A stretch of 54,652 nucleotides of DNA from an uncultured Tepidisphaeraceae bacterium (GCA_964435775.1 CAYTAP010000006.1:1-54652), one strand, 5' to 3'; shown: positions 15,208 through 24,860, numbered from the stretch's first letter. Program-made: numbers and translations. Notes: generated by a model not told the origin, from the letters alone.

Positions 15208-15361
15208 AAACAGGTTTCACCTTGCCATGATGGACGGGGACGGGATGGGAGGTTCCATCAGGTTTGAGGAACACATGGTGCGATCCATTGATCCTATCCA
15301 GCATCCATCCGTGTTTGCGAACGAGCTTCAATAATTCCGCGAACCGAACCTCACTGGGCAT
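15170..15361 (-). CDS. hicA: HicA mRNA-interferase toxin
   Basis: 63 aa. LLKLVRKHGWMLDRINGSHHVFLKPDGTSHPVPVHHGKVKPVYVRQIKKIL is a classic HicA (YcfA-like) sequence with the catalytic His region. Confidence 0.85.
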   Translation of the reverse strand: MPSEVRFAELLKLVRKHGWMLDRINGSHHVFLKPDGTSHPVPVHHGKVKPVYVRQIKKILESD

Positions 15362-15403
15362 GATGCCCTCCGCTGGTCAGCGCGATTCACTTCCGCCGTT
15401 CGC

Positions 15404-15421
15404 GTATATCGGATGATATAC
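15404..15421. promoter_or_regulatory. Candidate HicB operator: GTATATC-ggat-GATATAC
   Basis: Perfect 7-bp inverted repeat 43-60 nt upstream of the hicA ATG, in the 87-bp gatB-hicA spacer. Confidence 0.35.
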
Positions 15422-15448
15422 AATAGAATCTTTCCGAGCAAGCAATTT

Positions 15449-16927
15449 CTAACCCAGCTTCTCCCGCAGCCGCTCCTGCACCATCTTCGGATTGAGGCCC
15501 TTCCCGCTTTTCATCACCATGCCGACGAGCGCGCCCATCGCGCTTTGTTTGCCGCCTTTGTAGTCCTGCAGCGGCTTGGGATTTTGGGCGATCACGGCGT
15601 CGATGGCCGCGTCGATCGCGCTGGTGTCGCTCACTTGCATCAGCCCCAGAGCGGCGGCGATTTGGTCGGGCGAGGCGTCGCCTTCGAGAAGTTTTTCGAA
15701 GAGCGGCAGGGCGTTGCTGGCCGAGATTTTGTTCTGATCGATCAGCACCGCGACCTCGCCGACGCGCCCCGGCGCGATGCCCAGCTCATGGATGGGGCGT
15801 GACTGTTTGTTGCCCAATTGCGCCAGGATGTTGACGATCAGATTCCCCACGCGGTGGGCGCTGGCGCCGGTTTTCAACGCCGCTTCGTAAAACTCGCCGA
15901 TGGCGCGATCGCCTGAGAGCGTTGCGGCGTCGGCCGGGGTCAAGCCGAGTTTTTCGGTGTAGCGTTTGCGCCGTGCGGCCGGGAGTTCTCCAATCCGTCC
16001 CTTCAATTCCGTCAGCCACGCCTCGGAAACTTCCACGGGAACAAGATCGGGGTCGGGGAAATAGCGGTAATCGTGCGCCTCCTCCTTGTCGCGCTGATGC
16101 ACGGTCACCCCGGCCGCGTCATCCCAGCCGTAGGTGCTCTTGCGTCCCAGGTCGCCGGTTTCGATCCACTGATCGATCTGCCGCCGCACCTCATAATTCG
16201 TCGCCTTCTCGAGCACGCTGAAGCTGTTCAGGTTTTTCACCTCGGTGATGGCGGTCTTGTGGACTTTCCCATCGGCGTCCGTGATGTGGACATTGATGTT
16301 CGGCTCGAAGCGCATGTGCCCCATCTGCATCTGCCCTTCGCTCACGCCGAGAAACTGCACGAGACGTTGAAGCTCCTGCCCGAAGAGCGCGACCTGTCGG
16401 GCCGTAGTGAAATCCGGTTCGGTCACGATTTCGAGCAGGGGGGTTCCGGCGCGGTTGAGGTCCACGATGCTGTGATCGATCGCGTAACCGCCCGGCGCTT
16501 CGTGCATCAGCTTGCCGGCATCCTCCTCCAGATGCGCCCGGCGGATGCGGATCGGCGTGATCGACCCATCGTCGTTGGTCAGCTCGAAGCGCCCTTCACA
16601 GCAGAGGGGCAGATCATATTGGCTGATCTGATAGTTCTTGGGCAGGTCGGGGTAATAGTAGCTCTTGCGATCCCACTTGGTGTGTTCGGAGATTCGACAT
16701 CCCAGCGCCAGCCCCGCCATGATGGCGAACTCCACCGCGCGTTTGTTCATGACCGGCAAAACGCCGGGCAGCCCGAGAATCACCGGATCGACCAGCGAGT
16801 TCGGCGGCGCGCCGAAGTTCGTCGCGCCGTTGGCGGCGCTGGTGAACATCTTGCTCGCGGTGGCGAGCTGGACGTGAATCTCCAGCCCCACCATCAGTTT
16901 GTACGATTGAACGATGCGTTCGGCCAT
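15449..16927 (-). CDS. gatB: Asp-tRNA(Asn)/Glu-tRNA(Gln) amidotransferase subunit B
   Basis: YKLMVGLEIHVQLATASKMFT, RKSYYYPDLPKNYQISQYDLP, ANLMRFEPNINV-like (HMRFEPNINVH) and a C-terminal YqeY-like tail. The ATG at 16927 was preferred. Confidence 0.92.
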   Translation of the reverse strand: MAERIVQSYKLMVGLEIHVQLATASKMFTSAANGATNFGAPPNSLVDPVILGLPGVLPVMNKRAVEFAIMAGLALGCRISEHTKWDRKSYYYPDLPKNYQISQYDLPLCCEGRFELTNDDGSITPIRIRRAHLEEDAGKLMHEAPGGYAIDHSIVDLNRAGTPLLEIVTEPDFTTARQVALFGQELQRLVQFLGVSEGQMQMGHMRFEPNINVHITDADGKVHKTAITEVKNLNSFSVLEKATNYEVRRQIDQWIETGDLGRKSTYGWDDAAGVTVHQRDKEEAHDYRYFPDPDLVPVEVSEAWLTELKGRIGELPAARRKRYTEKLGLTPADAATLSGDRAIGEFYEAALKTGASAHRVGNLIVNILAQLGNKQSRPIHELGIAPGRVGEVAVLIDQNKISASNALPLFEKLLEGDASPDQIAAALGLMQVSDTSAIDAAIDAVIAQNPKPLQDYKGGKQSAMGALVGMVMKSGKGLNPKMVQERLREKLG

Positions 16928-17039
16928 GGGCGCGTTGCTCCGATAAAACAGGACTATTTCGCAAGCAAGTATAGCCACCGGCCATCCACGGGCCAGAGAT
17001 CATTTTTCTTTAAGTTTTTGACGAAAGTGTCGGCATCAA

Positions 17040-17414
17040 TTGGCCGATGCGCTGAAAGTGAACGACGACGTATTCATTCACGCCATCGCGGGCAGGCAGG
17101 ACGACGAACAATCGTCCCCCGTGCCAACCGGTGCTGTCAATCCCGCCGAGCGCCGGCGCAGCCCGCGTCACGCCTATCCCACCGTCGCCACGATGACACC
17201 CGTCGGCGCGGAAGTCTCTCATTCACTCCAGGTGCGCGTCATCAACGTCTCCCTTCATGGTGTCGGCCTGCGAACGCCGGTCTCCTTCGCCACCGGCGCT
17301 GAGTATCGCTTTCGCATCGGCGGCAACCTGCTCAATCTCGAATCGCGCATCCGCATCGTTTCCTCGCGCAAACGCGCCGACGGCAATTACGACACCGGCG
17401 CGGAGTACATTTAG
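17040..17414 (+). CDS. PilZ domain protein (putative c-di-GMP receptor)
   Basis: RxxxR motif (ERRRSPRH) followed by INVSLHGVGLRT (D/NxSxxG), characteristic of PilZ. The track start is TTG, so the true start is uncertain (GTG candidates at 17058 and 17118). Confidence 0.6.
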   Translation: MADALKVNDDVFIHAIAGRQDDEQSSPVPTGAVNPAERRRSPRHAYPTVATMTPVGAEVSHSLQVRVINVSLHGVGLRTPVSFATGAEYRFRIGGNLLNLESRIRIVSSRKRADGNYDTGAEYI

Positions 17415-17641
17415 CGGTGTTGAAGCCGGTTCACCGCCCAGACGCGGAGAAGTCGATGCGGATTGAACCACAAAGCCAAGAAGGGCACGAAGCGGCGCCT
17501 GAAGCGCGCGGCGCATTCGACGCGAGATGCATTCCATTCATATAAAAAAATAAAAAGGAAAAGTGCGATTGCCGGGCAGCGCGATCCGACAGTGAACCGC
17601 TTCATGTTCTTCGTGTCTTGGTGGTTCCAATTTGCATTGCC

Positions 17642-19987
17642 TCAAACCAGCCGCACCTTCACTTCCCCCACCCGCTTGGCCCCGATTCGCTGCAGCGCCA
17701 ATTGGTGTGCCGCGTTGTAGTGGCTGATGAGCAGCGACCAGTCGAACTGCTCGCTGAGGCGTTCGACCTTGTTCCGCAGTTCGATTCGTTCGCGCCGATC
17801 AAGCTGCGCGAAACGGAACAGATGGTCGGCGATGTCATCGGAGGATTGATCGAAGCTCCGCCCGCCGCGGTTGATGACGACGATCCCCTGTTCATCATGT
17901 TTGGGCACGTGACGTTGCACATAGGCGCCAAAGCCGCTCAGGTCCGTCGTGATCGCCGGCACGCCCATCGCAATCGATTCCATCGGCGTGTATCCCCACG
18001 GCTCGTAATAGCTCGGGAAAACGCCCATGTGGCAGCCGCGGACAAACTGCTCATACTCGAGGCTGAGCAGCGGGTTGGTCGCCGTGACAAACTCCGGATG
18101 AAACACGACCTTCACCGGGTCCTCCGGCGCGTTGAAGAGCCCCCGATGCCGCAGGTGCTTGAGGACCGGGTCGCCGCCGTCATCGATCAGGTCATGCGTC
18201 ACGATGAGCGGTGAGCGCTGCGTCCGCCAGGCGTGCATCGCCCGCTTGAGCCGCACCTGGGCGTCATCCTCAAGCAGTTCCTTCCCGGCCGGCACCCTGC
18301 CATGCGCCACCGCCTCAAACAGCCGCTTGCCCATCTGGCGCTCAACCTCCTCACAGGTGTCGCGGAGTTCGTTGAACATCGACTGATTGCGAAGGACATC
18401 GACGTTGATGTTCCGCGTCGAGGCGCGGGTGATGATGAACGCGACCACCGTCGGCGGATCGTGAATGGTCTTCAAGCGCTGGTTGAGGCGGTACAGCGAC
18501 TCGATGAACATGTCCATCCCCTTGTTGCGGTACTCATACCGCCCGGAGGTGAACAGGTAGAGCGTGCGATCAAGATCGAACGTGTAGCTGGGGAAAAAAT
18601 GCCCCATGACAAACTCATGAATCCGCTCCTTGAACTCGCGGTGCAGGTTTTGAAACTCATGCAGCGCCGCGAAGCGCTGGAGGTTGATCCCGTTGGGGAG
18701 CAGGACATCGGGGCTGCGCCCCAGCAGCTTTTCGGTCTCGTGGCTCGTGACCTCGCTGACGGTGGTGAAGACGGTCGCCGCGTGCGCCGCCGCCCGCTCG
18801 ATGGCAAATCGGGCGTGGATGTTGAAGCGCGCCGCCTCGGCGTCGGGATTCACGAAGGGCAGGTCGCGGTAAAACTCCGGGTTGTCCGACGCGAGATATC
18901 GCCCCAGCAGCGTCGCGTGGGTTGTGAAGATCGTCGTCATCGCCAGGCGCAGGTGCGCGATCCGCGGCACGGCGACGCCCCCCATCCACTCATGAAAATG
19001 CGCGATCACCGGCCGGCCGGGCGCGGCGCTGCACAACTGCCGGAAAAACTCCGCGACCGTGAACCCAAACGCGACCGTCTCATTGACCTCCCCATCGGAC
19101 GCCGGGACCGAAATCCCATGATCCGCCCACATCAGGTATTTGTCGGCGTCGAGCGAACGATAGCGGGCGCGATAGTCCAGCAGAATGACGCGCGGCCGGC
19201 CCTGCACCAGCCACCGCCCGAAATGACACGGAATTCCCATGCCCCGCAGCGCATCAAGCGTCTTGCGAATGACCCCCTCGCTCGGCTGCTCCTCAAACTC
19301 CACCGCCGCCGTGCCGGGGTTGTACGGGCCGATCAAACAGTATCGATCGCCCCAGGTCGAGACCGTCGATGCCGCTTTCGTCCGCAACACCGTGTAAATC
19401 CCCCCCAACTGCCAGCAAACCTCCCACGCGATCTCAAAGAGCAGCGGCGGCTCCTCCTCCGGCGCTTCGCTTGCTCCCTTCTCCGGCGTACCTCTTGCTC
19501 CTCCCTCCGGTGCTCCTTTCACTTCCTCCGCTCGCGTGCCTCTTGCTTCTCCCGCCGGTGCTCCTTTGACACCCTCCCCCGGCGTACTTCTTACCCTCTC
19601 CCCCGGTATACCTCTTACTCCCTCCCCCGGTACACCGGGGGAGGGTTGGGGAGGGGGCCCGGCATCATGTGGAAGAGCCCCCTCGCCGTATTTCCCCCGC
19701 GTGCCGATGGAGGGAATATGATCCTCCGTCAATGACACCGCGGGCTCCGCCACGTTCAATGCGCCGGACGATGCCTCTGAAGTACCGCTCGCTTTCGCAA
19801 GCGGCATCGCCGGCGCGGCCGCCGGAGGATCACGGAATGCCTCGGGATTGACAAGTAATTTGGTCATATTGTCCTTGCCACGCGTCTTGGCCGCCTTCGA
19901 CTTGGGCTGTCTGCCGGAACGTGATGTTGATTTGGTTGATCGTGGCATGTCATCTTCATTATGGCTTGTTCGTCGCGTTTTAGGCAA
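17642..19987 (-). CDS. Glycogen synthase, GT3 (eukaryote-like Gsy) family, with a low-complexity N-terminal extension of about 180 aa
   Basis: The conserved core starts at LLFEIAWEVCWQLGGIYTVLRTKA (GT3 hallmark). HFHEWMGGV and PSYYEPWGYTPMES are also present. The 19987 start is TTG; in-frame ATGs are at 19948, 19867 and 19807. The extension contains repeat A5 and a 24-nt tandem array. Confidence 0.8.
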   Translation of the reverse strand: MPKTRRTSHNEDDMPRSTKSTSRSGRQPKSKAAKTRGKDNMTKLLVNPEAFRDPPAAAPAMPLAKASGTSEASSGALNVAEPAVSLTEDHIPSIGTRGKYGEGALPHDAGPPPQPSPGVPGEGVRGIPGERVRSTPGEGVKGAPAGEARGTRAEEVKGAPEGGARGTPEKGASEAPEEEPPLLFEIAWEVCWQLGGIYTVLRTKAASTVSTWGDRYCLIGPYNPGTAAVEFEEQPSEGVIRKTLDALRGMGIPCHFGRWLVQGRPRVILLDYRARYRSLDADKYLMWADHGISVPASDGEVNETVAFGFTVAEFFRQLCSAAPGRPVIAHFHEWMGGVAVPRIAHLRLAMTTIFTTHATLLGRYLASDNPEFYRDLPFVNPDAEAARFNIHARFAIERAAAHAATVFTTVSEVTSHETEKLLGRSPDVLLPNGINLQRFAALHEFQNLHREFKERIHEFVMGHFFPSYTFDLDRTLYLFTSGRYEYRNKGMDMFIESLYRLNQRLKTIHDPPTVVAFIITRASTRNINVDVLRNQSMFNELRDTCEEVERQMGKRLFEAVAHGRVPAGKELLEDDAQVRLKRAMHAWRTQRSPLIVTHDLIDDGGDPVLKHLRHRGLFNAPEDPVKVVFHPEFVTATNPLLSLEYEQFVRGCHMGVFPSYYEPWGYTPMESIAMGVPAITTDLSGFGAYVQRHVPKHDEQGIVVINRGGRSFDQSSDDIADHLFRFAQLDRRERIELRNKVERLSEQFDWSLLISHYNAAHQLALQRIGAKRVGEVKVRLV
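19452..19617. repeat. Degenerate tandem array (about 7 units of 24 nt) derived from the left arm of the family-A hairpin
   Basis: Units resemble CTCCCCCGGyGTACyTCTTrCyC. On the coding (minus) strand they read as 8-aa repeats: GVPGEGVR/GIPGERVR/STPGEGVK/GAPAGEAR/GTRAEEVK/GAPEGGAR/GTPEKGAS. Confidence 0.75.
19618..19714. repeat. Family-A repeat, copy A5 (intact left half, decayed right half), inside the annotated glycogen synthase ORF
   Basis: CTCCCTCCCCCGG-taca-CCGGGGGAGGGTTGGGGAGGGGG, then a decayed CCCCCTCGCC...CCCCCGCG...GGAGGGAATATGA. The tail matches the end of A3 (GGAGGGAATATATGA). Confidence 0.75.
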
Positions 19988-20139
19988 AGCCCAATGCTAT
20001 TTTCAGACAAAGCCCGATAATCGCCGCGCGTCCACTATCGGCATGGCAAAATCATTCGCTGCTGCTATAACCGGATGTCCTTTGCCCCTTGGGGGCAATC
20101 GTTTGCCACGCATCGCCACCCTTTCAGGAGTGCTCCGCC

Positions 20140-22149
20140 GTGAAATCCAAGCCATCGCGTTCAACTCCACGCTCAACGTCCAAGGCGATTCATCTTCCCA
20201 CGCGCCAGGTCCACCTTGATTTTCACACCGGTCCGTGGATCGGCGATGTCGGCTCGCAGTTTAACGCCGCCGCTTTCGCCAGGACCATCAAAAAGGCGCA
20301 CATCAACAGCGTGACCCTTTTCGCCAAGTGCCATCACGGCCACCTTTATTACAACACCAGGCGCCCCGAGCGCCATCCCGGGCTCAAGCCCGGACTTGAT
20401 CTCCTGGAACAGCAGGTCGAGGCGCTCCACCGCGAAGGAATCCGCGCCCCCATCTACCTCAGCGTTCAATGTGATGAATACGCCGCCGACACGCATCCCG
20501 AGTGGATTGCGCGTCAGCCCGATGGCCGGCCCGTCGGCTCCGGCCCGCTATCCGCCGGCTGGCAGATCCTCGACATGAGCAGCCCGTACCAGGATTTTCT
20601 CGCCGAGCAGACGGCCGAGGTGCTCAAACGTTTCAAGCCCGTGGATGGCATCTTCTTTGACATGTGCTGGGACCAGCCGAGTTTGAACAACTACGCCGTG
20701 GAAGCGATGCAACAACGCGGCTTCAATCCGGCCGACGAAGGCGACCGCGCCCGCTACGCGCATCAGGTCACGCTCGAATACATGAAGCGGTTCCACGACC
20801 AGGTGAAGGCGTCAAGCCCCAATGCGGGGGTCTATTTTAATTCCCGTCCTCTGGCGACTTACGCCGAGGAAGCCCCCTTCATGACCCAGGTGGAGATCGA
20901 AGCCCTCCCCACCGGCGGCTGGGGCTATATGTACTTCCCCAAGAACGTGCGCTTCGCCCGCAACTTCAATCGCCCGTATCTCGGCATGACCGCGCGCTTT
21001 CATAAAAGCTGGGCCGATTTCGGCGGGCTCAAGCCGTACGCCGCCCTCGAATATGAAACCAGCCAGATGATGGCGCACGGCGCACAGTGCAGCATCGGCG
21101 ATCAACTTCACCCGCGAGGCACGCTGGACAAGGCCGCGTATGACCTCATCGGAAAAATCTACGAGCGCGTCGAAGCGCGCGAGCCCTGGTTGCTCGACGC
21201 CCAGCCCGTCACGCAAATTGGTTTGTTTCAAACCTCCGGCGGCACCGACCGTGAATCCGCCGCCAGCCCCCTCGACGGCGCCACGCGCATGCTCACCCAG
21301 CTCAAACATCAGTTCGACATCATCCTCCCCGATGCCGATCTCACTCGATACGACCTGCTCATCCTTCCCGACAGTGTTGAAGTCGATCCGGCGCTCGCCA
21401 GGCGCTTGGCCGCGTATGTCAAATCCGGCGGCGCGCTGCTCGCCAGCGGGACCAGCGGCCTGAGCGCCGACGGCAAGGCGCTCCTGCTTCCCCAACTCGA
21501 CATCAAACCGGCCGGCATCTCCCCCTACACCACCACCTATTGCCGCTTCGGCGCCGAAATCAGCCACGGTGTCCCCCCGACCGATCATGTCATGTACGAG
21601 CCTTCCATTCGCGTCACCCCGACCGCAGGCGCAACATCACTGGCGAGAATTGTCGAGCCCTACTTCGAGCGCACCTGGGAGCATTTCTCCTCCCACTTCC
21701 AGACTCCCGGCGACAAACTCAGCCGCTGGTCCGCCGCCGTGGGCAAGGGGCGGGTGGCGTACATCGCCTACCCGATCTTCAGCGCCTTCGCCAAACACGG
21801 CAATTACCCCTGCCGCCTCCTTGCCGGCAACATCATCGACCTGTTGTTGCCCGATCCGATCCTCCGCGTCGATGCCCCCACGAGCGCCGAAGCAACCGTG
21901 ACCCGCCAGGGCAAGCGCACGATCGTCCACCTCCTCCAATACGCCCCCGAACGCCGCGCGCCCGGATTGGACATCGTGGAGGACATCGTGCCCCTCTTCA
22001 ATATCCCCCTGTCGTTGAAGCTCTCCAAGCCCCCGCGCGAAGTCTACCTCGCCCCCGACCGCGCTCCCGTCCCCTTCGAATATCTCGCCGGCCGGGTCAA
22101 TCTCCGTGTCCCAAGTATTCACGGCCACGCGATGATCGTGTTTGAATGA
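20140..22149 (+). CDS. Putative glycoside hydrolase (GHL6-like TIM barrel plus beta-galactosidase-trimerisation-like domain)
   Basis: VHLDFHTGPWIGDVGSQFNAAAFARTIKKAHINSVTLFAKCHHGHLYY resembles hypothetical glycosyl hydrolase family 6. The mid region DLLILPDSVEV...YVKSGGALLASG resembles a GATase1-like trimerisation domain. The GTG at 20140 has AGGAG 9 nt upstream; the track start at 20089 is also possible. Confidence 0.55.
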   Translation: MKSKPSRSTPRSTSKAIHLPTRQVHLDFHTGPWIGDVGSQFNAAAFARTIKKAHINSVTLFAKCHHGHLYYNTRRPERHPGLKPGLDLLEQQVEALHREGIRAPIYLSVQCDEYAADTHPEWIARQPDGRPVGSGPLSAGWQILDMSSPYQDFLAEQTAEVLKRFKPVDGIFFDMCWDQPSLNNYAVEAMQQRGFNPADEGDRARYAHQVTLEYMKRFHDQVKASSPNAGVYFNSRPLATYAEEAPFMTQVEIEALPTGGWGYMYFPKNVRFARNFNRPYLGMTARFHKSWADFGGLKPYAALEYETSQMMAHGAQCSIGDQLHPRGTLDKAAYDLIGKIYERVEAREPWLLDAQPVTQIGLFQTSGGTDRESAASPLDGATRMLTQLKHQFDIILPDADLTRYDLLILPDSVEVDPALARRLAAYVKSGGALLASGTSGLSADGKALLLPQLDIKPAGISPYTTTYCRFGAEISHGVPPTDHVMYEPSIRVTPTAGATSLARIVEPYFERTWEHFSSHFQTPGDKLSRWSAAVGKGRVAYIAYPIFSAFAKHGNYPCRLLAGNIIDLLLPDPILRVDAPTSAEATVTRQGKRTIVHLLQYAPERRAPGLDIVEDIVPLFNIPLSLKLSKPPREVYLAPDRAPVPFEYLAGRVNLRVPSIHGHAMIVFE

Positions 22150-22187
22150 GCCTTGCGTGACCAGTGTTGCATCGCGTATGTGAAGGG

Positions 22188-22208
22188 ACATGGGCGGCCC
22201 GCCCATGT
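22188..22208. terminator. Hairpin ACATGGGCG-gcc-CGCCCATGT followed by TTT (family D), 39 nt after the GH stop
   Basis: 9-bp GC-rich stem and a short T-run. It sits between convergent genes (GH on +, res on -). Confidence 0.45.
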
Positions 22209-22256
22209 TTTGGCGCCCCTGGTATCCACCGGCGGGGCGATGAGGGGCATGCGTCA

Positions 22257-24851
22257 TCATCTCCCAAGCAGCCGCTCAATCGCCTCCTCGATGCTCCCCC
22301 TGTCCGGCCCCGCGGGCATCACAAACGCGCATGTCCCATCCGATCGTTCCTCCCACAACTCCCCGACCCGTCGTTTCTCGCGGCTGTCGTCGTTGGTCCA
22401 CCGATCCGCCCCTTTGTACTCAACGGCCAACCACCGCCTCTCTCCGATTTCCACCACAAAGTCCGGATAAAAGCGATCCGTCGATGTCTGCAGCCAAAAC
22501 GACTGCTCCGGCCGGCGCTCGATGTTCCGCACCCATCGTTTCACCTTGGAATGACCGTCGATCCACGCCGCGCACTCAAACTCCTCCCCCTCACTTTTCA
22601 ATTCGCCCACGCGCCCGACGTGCCGCTGGAATCGATACCCTCCCTCATAATACCAGTTCGGGCAATACGATGTCGGATCAAGCGTGAGCGCGCGCTCCGG
22701 AGACACTTGCACACGCGCCCCTGGTGCGAACAGAAACCGCTCATACGCCGCCGCCCGCTTGCCGGCGCGGTGCCGCCCGATCCGCGCCTCGATCGATTCG
22801 GCCAGTCGAAACTTCTCAGCCGCCACCCGCTCGATCCCCCAGTTCCTCTCACGCATCACACTTTCAATCGCCGCCAGCACAAACATCCGCAGCGAGCTCC
22901 CCGTGACGTCCAACTGCCGCACCCGCGGCAGCATCCACGCCGTCAGCGCCTCCGGCGTCCACCCCGGCTCGTTCATGAACAGCGACAGGTCGCGATGCAG
23001 CGAAGCGACGAAGTTGGTCATCTCCACCCGCCCGCCCGCCGTCACATCGATCTCCCCCGTTTGCCCGCGCGGGCCGGCGCTCGGGAAAACGCCCTCATCC
23101 AGCGACGGGTCGCATTCGGCCAGTTCCCACGGTACTTCCAGCAGATGCGTGTCTTCAAACAGCGTCCACCCCTCCGCCGTCTTGATCGACAGCCCCGGCA
23201 CGCGCATCGGAGACTGATCGACCGCCGCCGGCGCGGGCGCTGAGAATGGCCGCAGCTTCCGCCGAATCTCCTCCCCATCCCCCGCCGTCGCCGCCGTCTC
23301 CGCGATCCGATCAATCTCCTCCGCCGTCACTTCCCCATGCACCACCAGCTCGTTCGTGGACGCCTCGAAACTCACCCGCTGTACCAGGTTCTGAGGCAGC
23401 GCCGCCATCCGTGGCGCGGCCGCCACCGCCACCCGCTGCGTGTCGAACAACCCCGCCGCCTGCCCGGTTTCCTCAATCACCAGGTCGCCCGCCTCCAGCT
23501 TCTGAAACCCCGCGCTCTCCACCAGCGCATCGCGCAGTTTGCTCGCCGTATTGAGCAGGCTGTCCGATGTCACGAACGCATATGCCGTGTTCAGCGCCTC
23601 GCGCCGCTTGCGCTTCGCATGGGGCAGCCGCAGGATGCGCCCCAGCACCTGCTCCACCGCCCGCGGTGTGCTCACCTCGCTCACGCTGCACAGCACATAC
23701 GCGAACGGGCAGTCCCACCCCTCGACCAGCGCCTTCACCGTCACGATGCACGTCACCGGGCACGTCTCGCTCAACACATCCACCCCATCCAGCCCGCGCT
23801 GCTTGCCCGTGTGAATCGCAATGTGCGTTTCCGGCACCTTGAAATCATCGATCAACGCCCGCTTCAGCTTCGCGACGTTCAGGTCATCCCCTTCGACCGA
23901 CTGCGCCTGAAACAAGGCGATCGGGCGGATGTATTCCCCCGTCTCCGCCCGCTCAGCCTTCGCCTGCCCGGTCAATTGCCTCAGCGTGTCCAGCGCGTCG
24001 CGCACCACCCGCCGCCAGTCCGGATCGGCCCGCAGCCGGATCGGCAGCTTGATCATCTCCTCCGCCTTCAGTTCCGCCGCCGAAACGTGCGCCAAAATAT
24101 TGCTCGCGAACAATCCGCGCTGCGGGTTATGCTCGCGCTGCGGCGTCGCCGTCAATTCCACGATCGCCGACGGTCGAAAGCGCACCAGCGTGTCAAAGCT
24201 CAGTTCCGTCCGCGCGTTGTGCGCCTCATCCATGATGACCAGCGGCCGATGCAGGTTCAGCACGTTCGCCAGCGAATAGGTCGTCACCCCGTCCTCGGTG
24301 AACCGCTCGCGGAACGCCGCATGGTCGAAGTGGTGTTGCAGGCTTCCGTTGCTCTCATACACCTTCCGCCCCTCGGTGTTGTCCACCCGCAGCGCCTGGA
24401 ACGTCGTCACGATCACGCACGCCGCCCCGCTCAAATCCGCCCGCGTCACCGACAACGCCTCCCCCAAATCCATCACCTGCACGTTCCCCGCAAACGCCTC
24501 GTCCAGCGCCATCCGATACGGGTGATCCCGGTTCCGCAGCGCCTTGAGCGTCTGCGACACGATCGCGTTGCTTGGCGCCAGCCACAGCACGGTCGGCGTC
24601 GGCGTCTGGAGATACGTCTCCGACACGATCCGGATCGCGTGCGCCCCGATGAGCGTCTTGCCCCCGCCCGTCGGCACCCGCAGACACACATACGGCAAAT
24701 TCTCGATCCCCGGCACGTCCCGATAAGGCCGACTCGTCAAAATGACAAACGCCGTCCGCGCCCCCAGCGCATCGTTCCCGTGCGTCCGCGCGAGCTTGAA
24801 GTAATCCTCCAGCTCCTTCAGCACCCGCCGTTGGTAGTCGCGCAGTTGCAA
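22257..24851 (-). CDS. res: Type III restriction enzyme Res subunit (SF2 helicase plus C-terminal PD-(D/E)xK nuclease)
   Basis: Helicase motif I LRVPTGGGKTLIG, motif II VIMDEAHN, ELTATP. C-terminal nuclease signature ECAAWID...YPDFVVEIGERRWLAVEYKG. Probable TTG start 9 nt after the upstream stop. Confidence 0.85.
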   Translation of the reverse strand: MQLRDYQRRVLKELEDYFKLARTHGNDALGARTAFVILTSRPYRDVPGIENLPYVCLRVPTGGGKTLIGAHAIRIVSETYLQTPTPTVLWLAPSNAIVSQTLKALRNRDHPYRMALDEAFAGNVQVMDLGEALSVTRADLSGAACVIVTTFQALRVDNTEGRKVYESNGSLQHHFDHAAFRERFTEDGVTTYSLANVLNLHRPLVIMDEAHNARTELSFDTLVRFRPSAIVELTATPQREHNPQRGLFASNILAHVSAAELKAEEMIKLPIRLRADPDWRRVVRDALDTLRQLTGQAKAERAETGEYIRPIALFQAQSVEGDDLNVAKLKRALIDDFKVPETHIAIHTGKQRGLDGVDVLSETCPVTCIVTVKALVEGWDCPFAYVLCSVSEVSTPRAVEQVLGRILRLPHAKRKRREALNTAYAFVTSDSLLNTASKLRDALVESAGFQKLEAGDLVIEETGQAAGLFDTQRVAVAAAPRMAALPQNLVQRVSFEASTNELVVHGEVTAEEIDRIAETAATAGDGEEIRRKLRPFSAPAPAAVDQSPMRVPGLSIKTAEGWTLFEDTHLLEVPWELAECDPSLDEGVFPSAGPRGQTGEIDVTAGGRVEMTNFVASLHRDLSLFMNEPGWTPEALTAWMLPRVRQLDVTGSSLRMFVLAAIESVMRERNWGIERVAAEKFRLAESIEARIGRHRAGKRAAAYERFLFAPGARVQVSPERALTLDPTSYCPNWYYEGGYRFQRHVGRVGELKSEGEEFECAAWIDGHSKVKRWVRNIERRPEQSFWLQTSTDRFYPDFVVEIGERRWLAVEYKGADRWTNDDSREKRRVGELWEERSDGTCAFVMPAGPDRGSIEEAIERLLGR

Positions 24852-24860
24852 TTGGCGTCC

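Noticed and set aside
19448-19645. Collagen-like (G-x-P-G-E-G) domain in the glycogen synthase N-terminus
   Set aside because: The periodicity is 8 aa (24 nt), not a Gly-X-Y triplet. The sequence is explained by tandem duplication of a repeat-element arm.
16073-19735. Long plus-strand ORFs (16073..17302, 17618..18214, 18233..19735) antisense to gatB and glycogen synthase
   Set aside because: Shadow ORFs opposite confidently identified genes, with Arg/His/Pro-rich translations.
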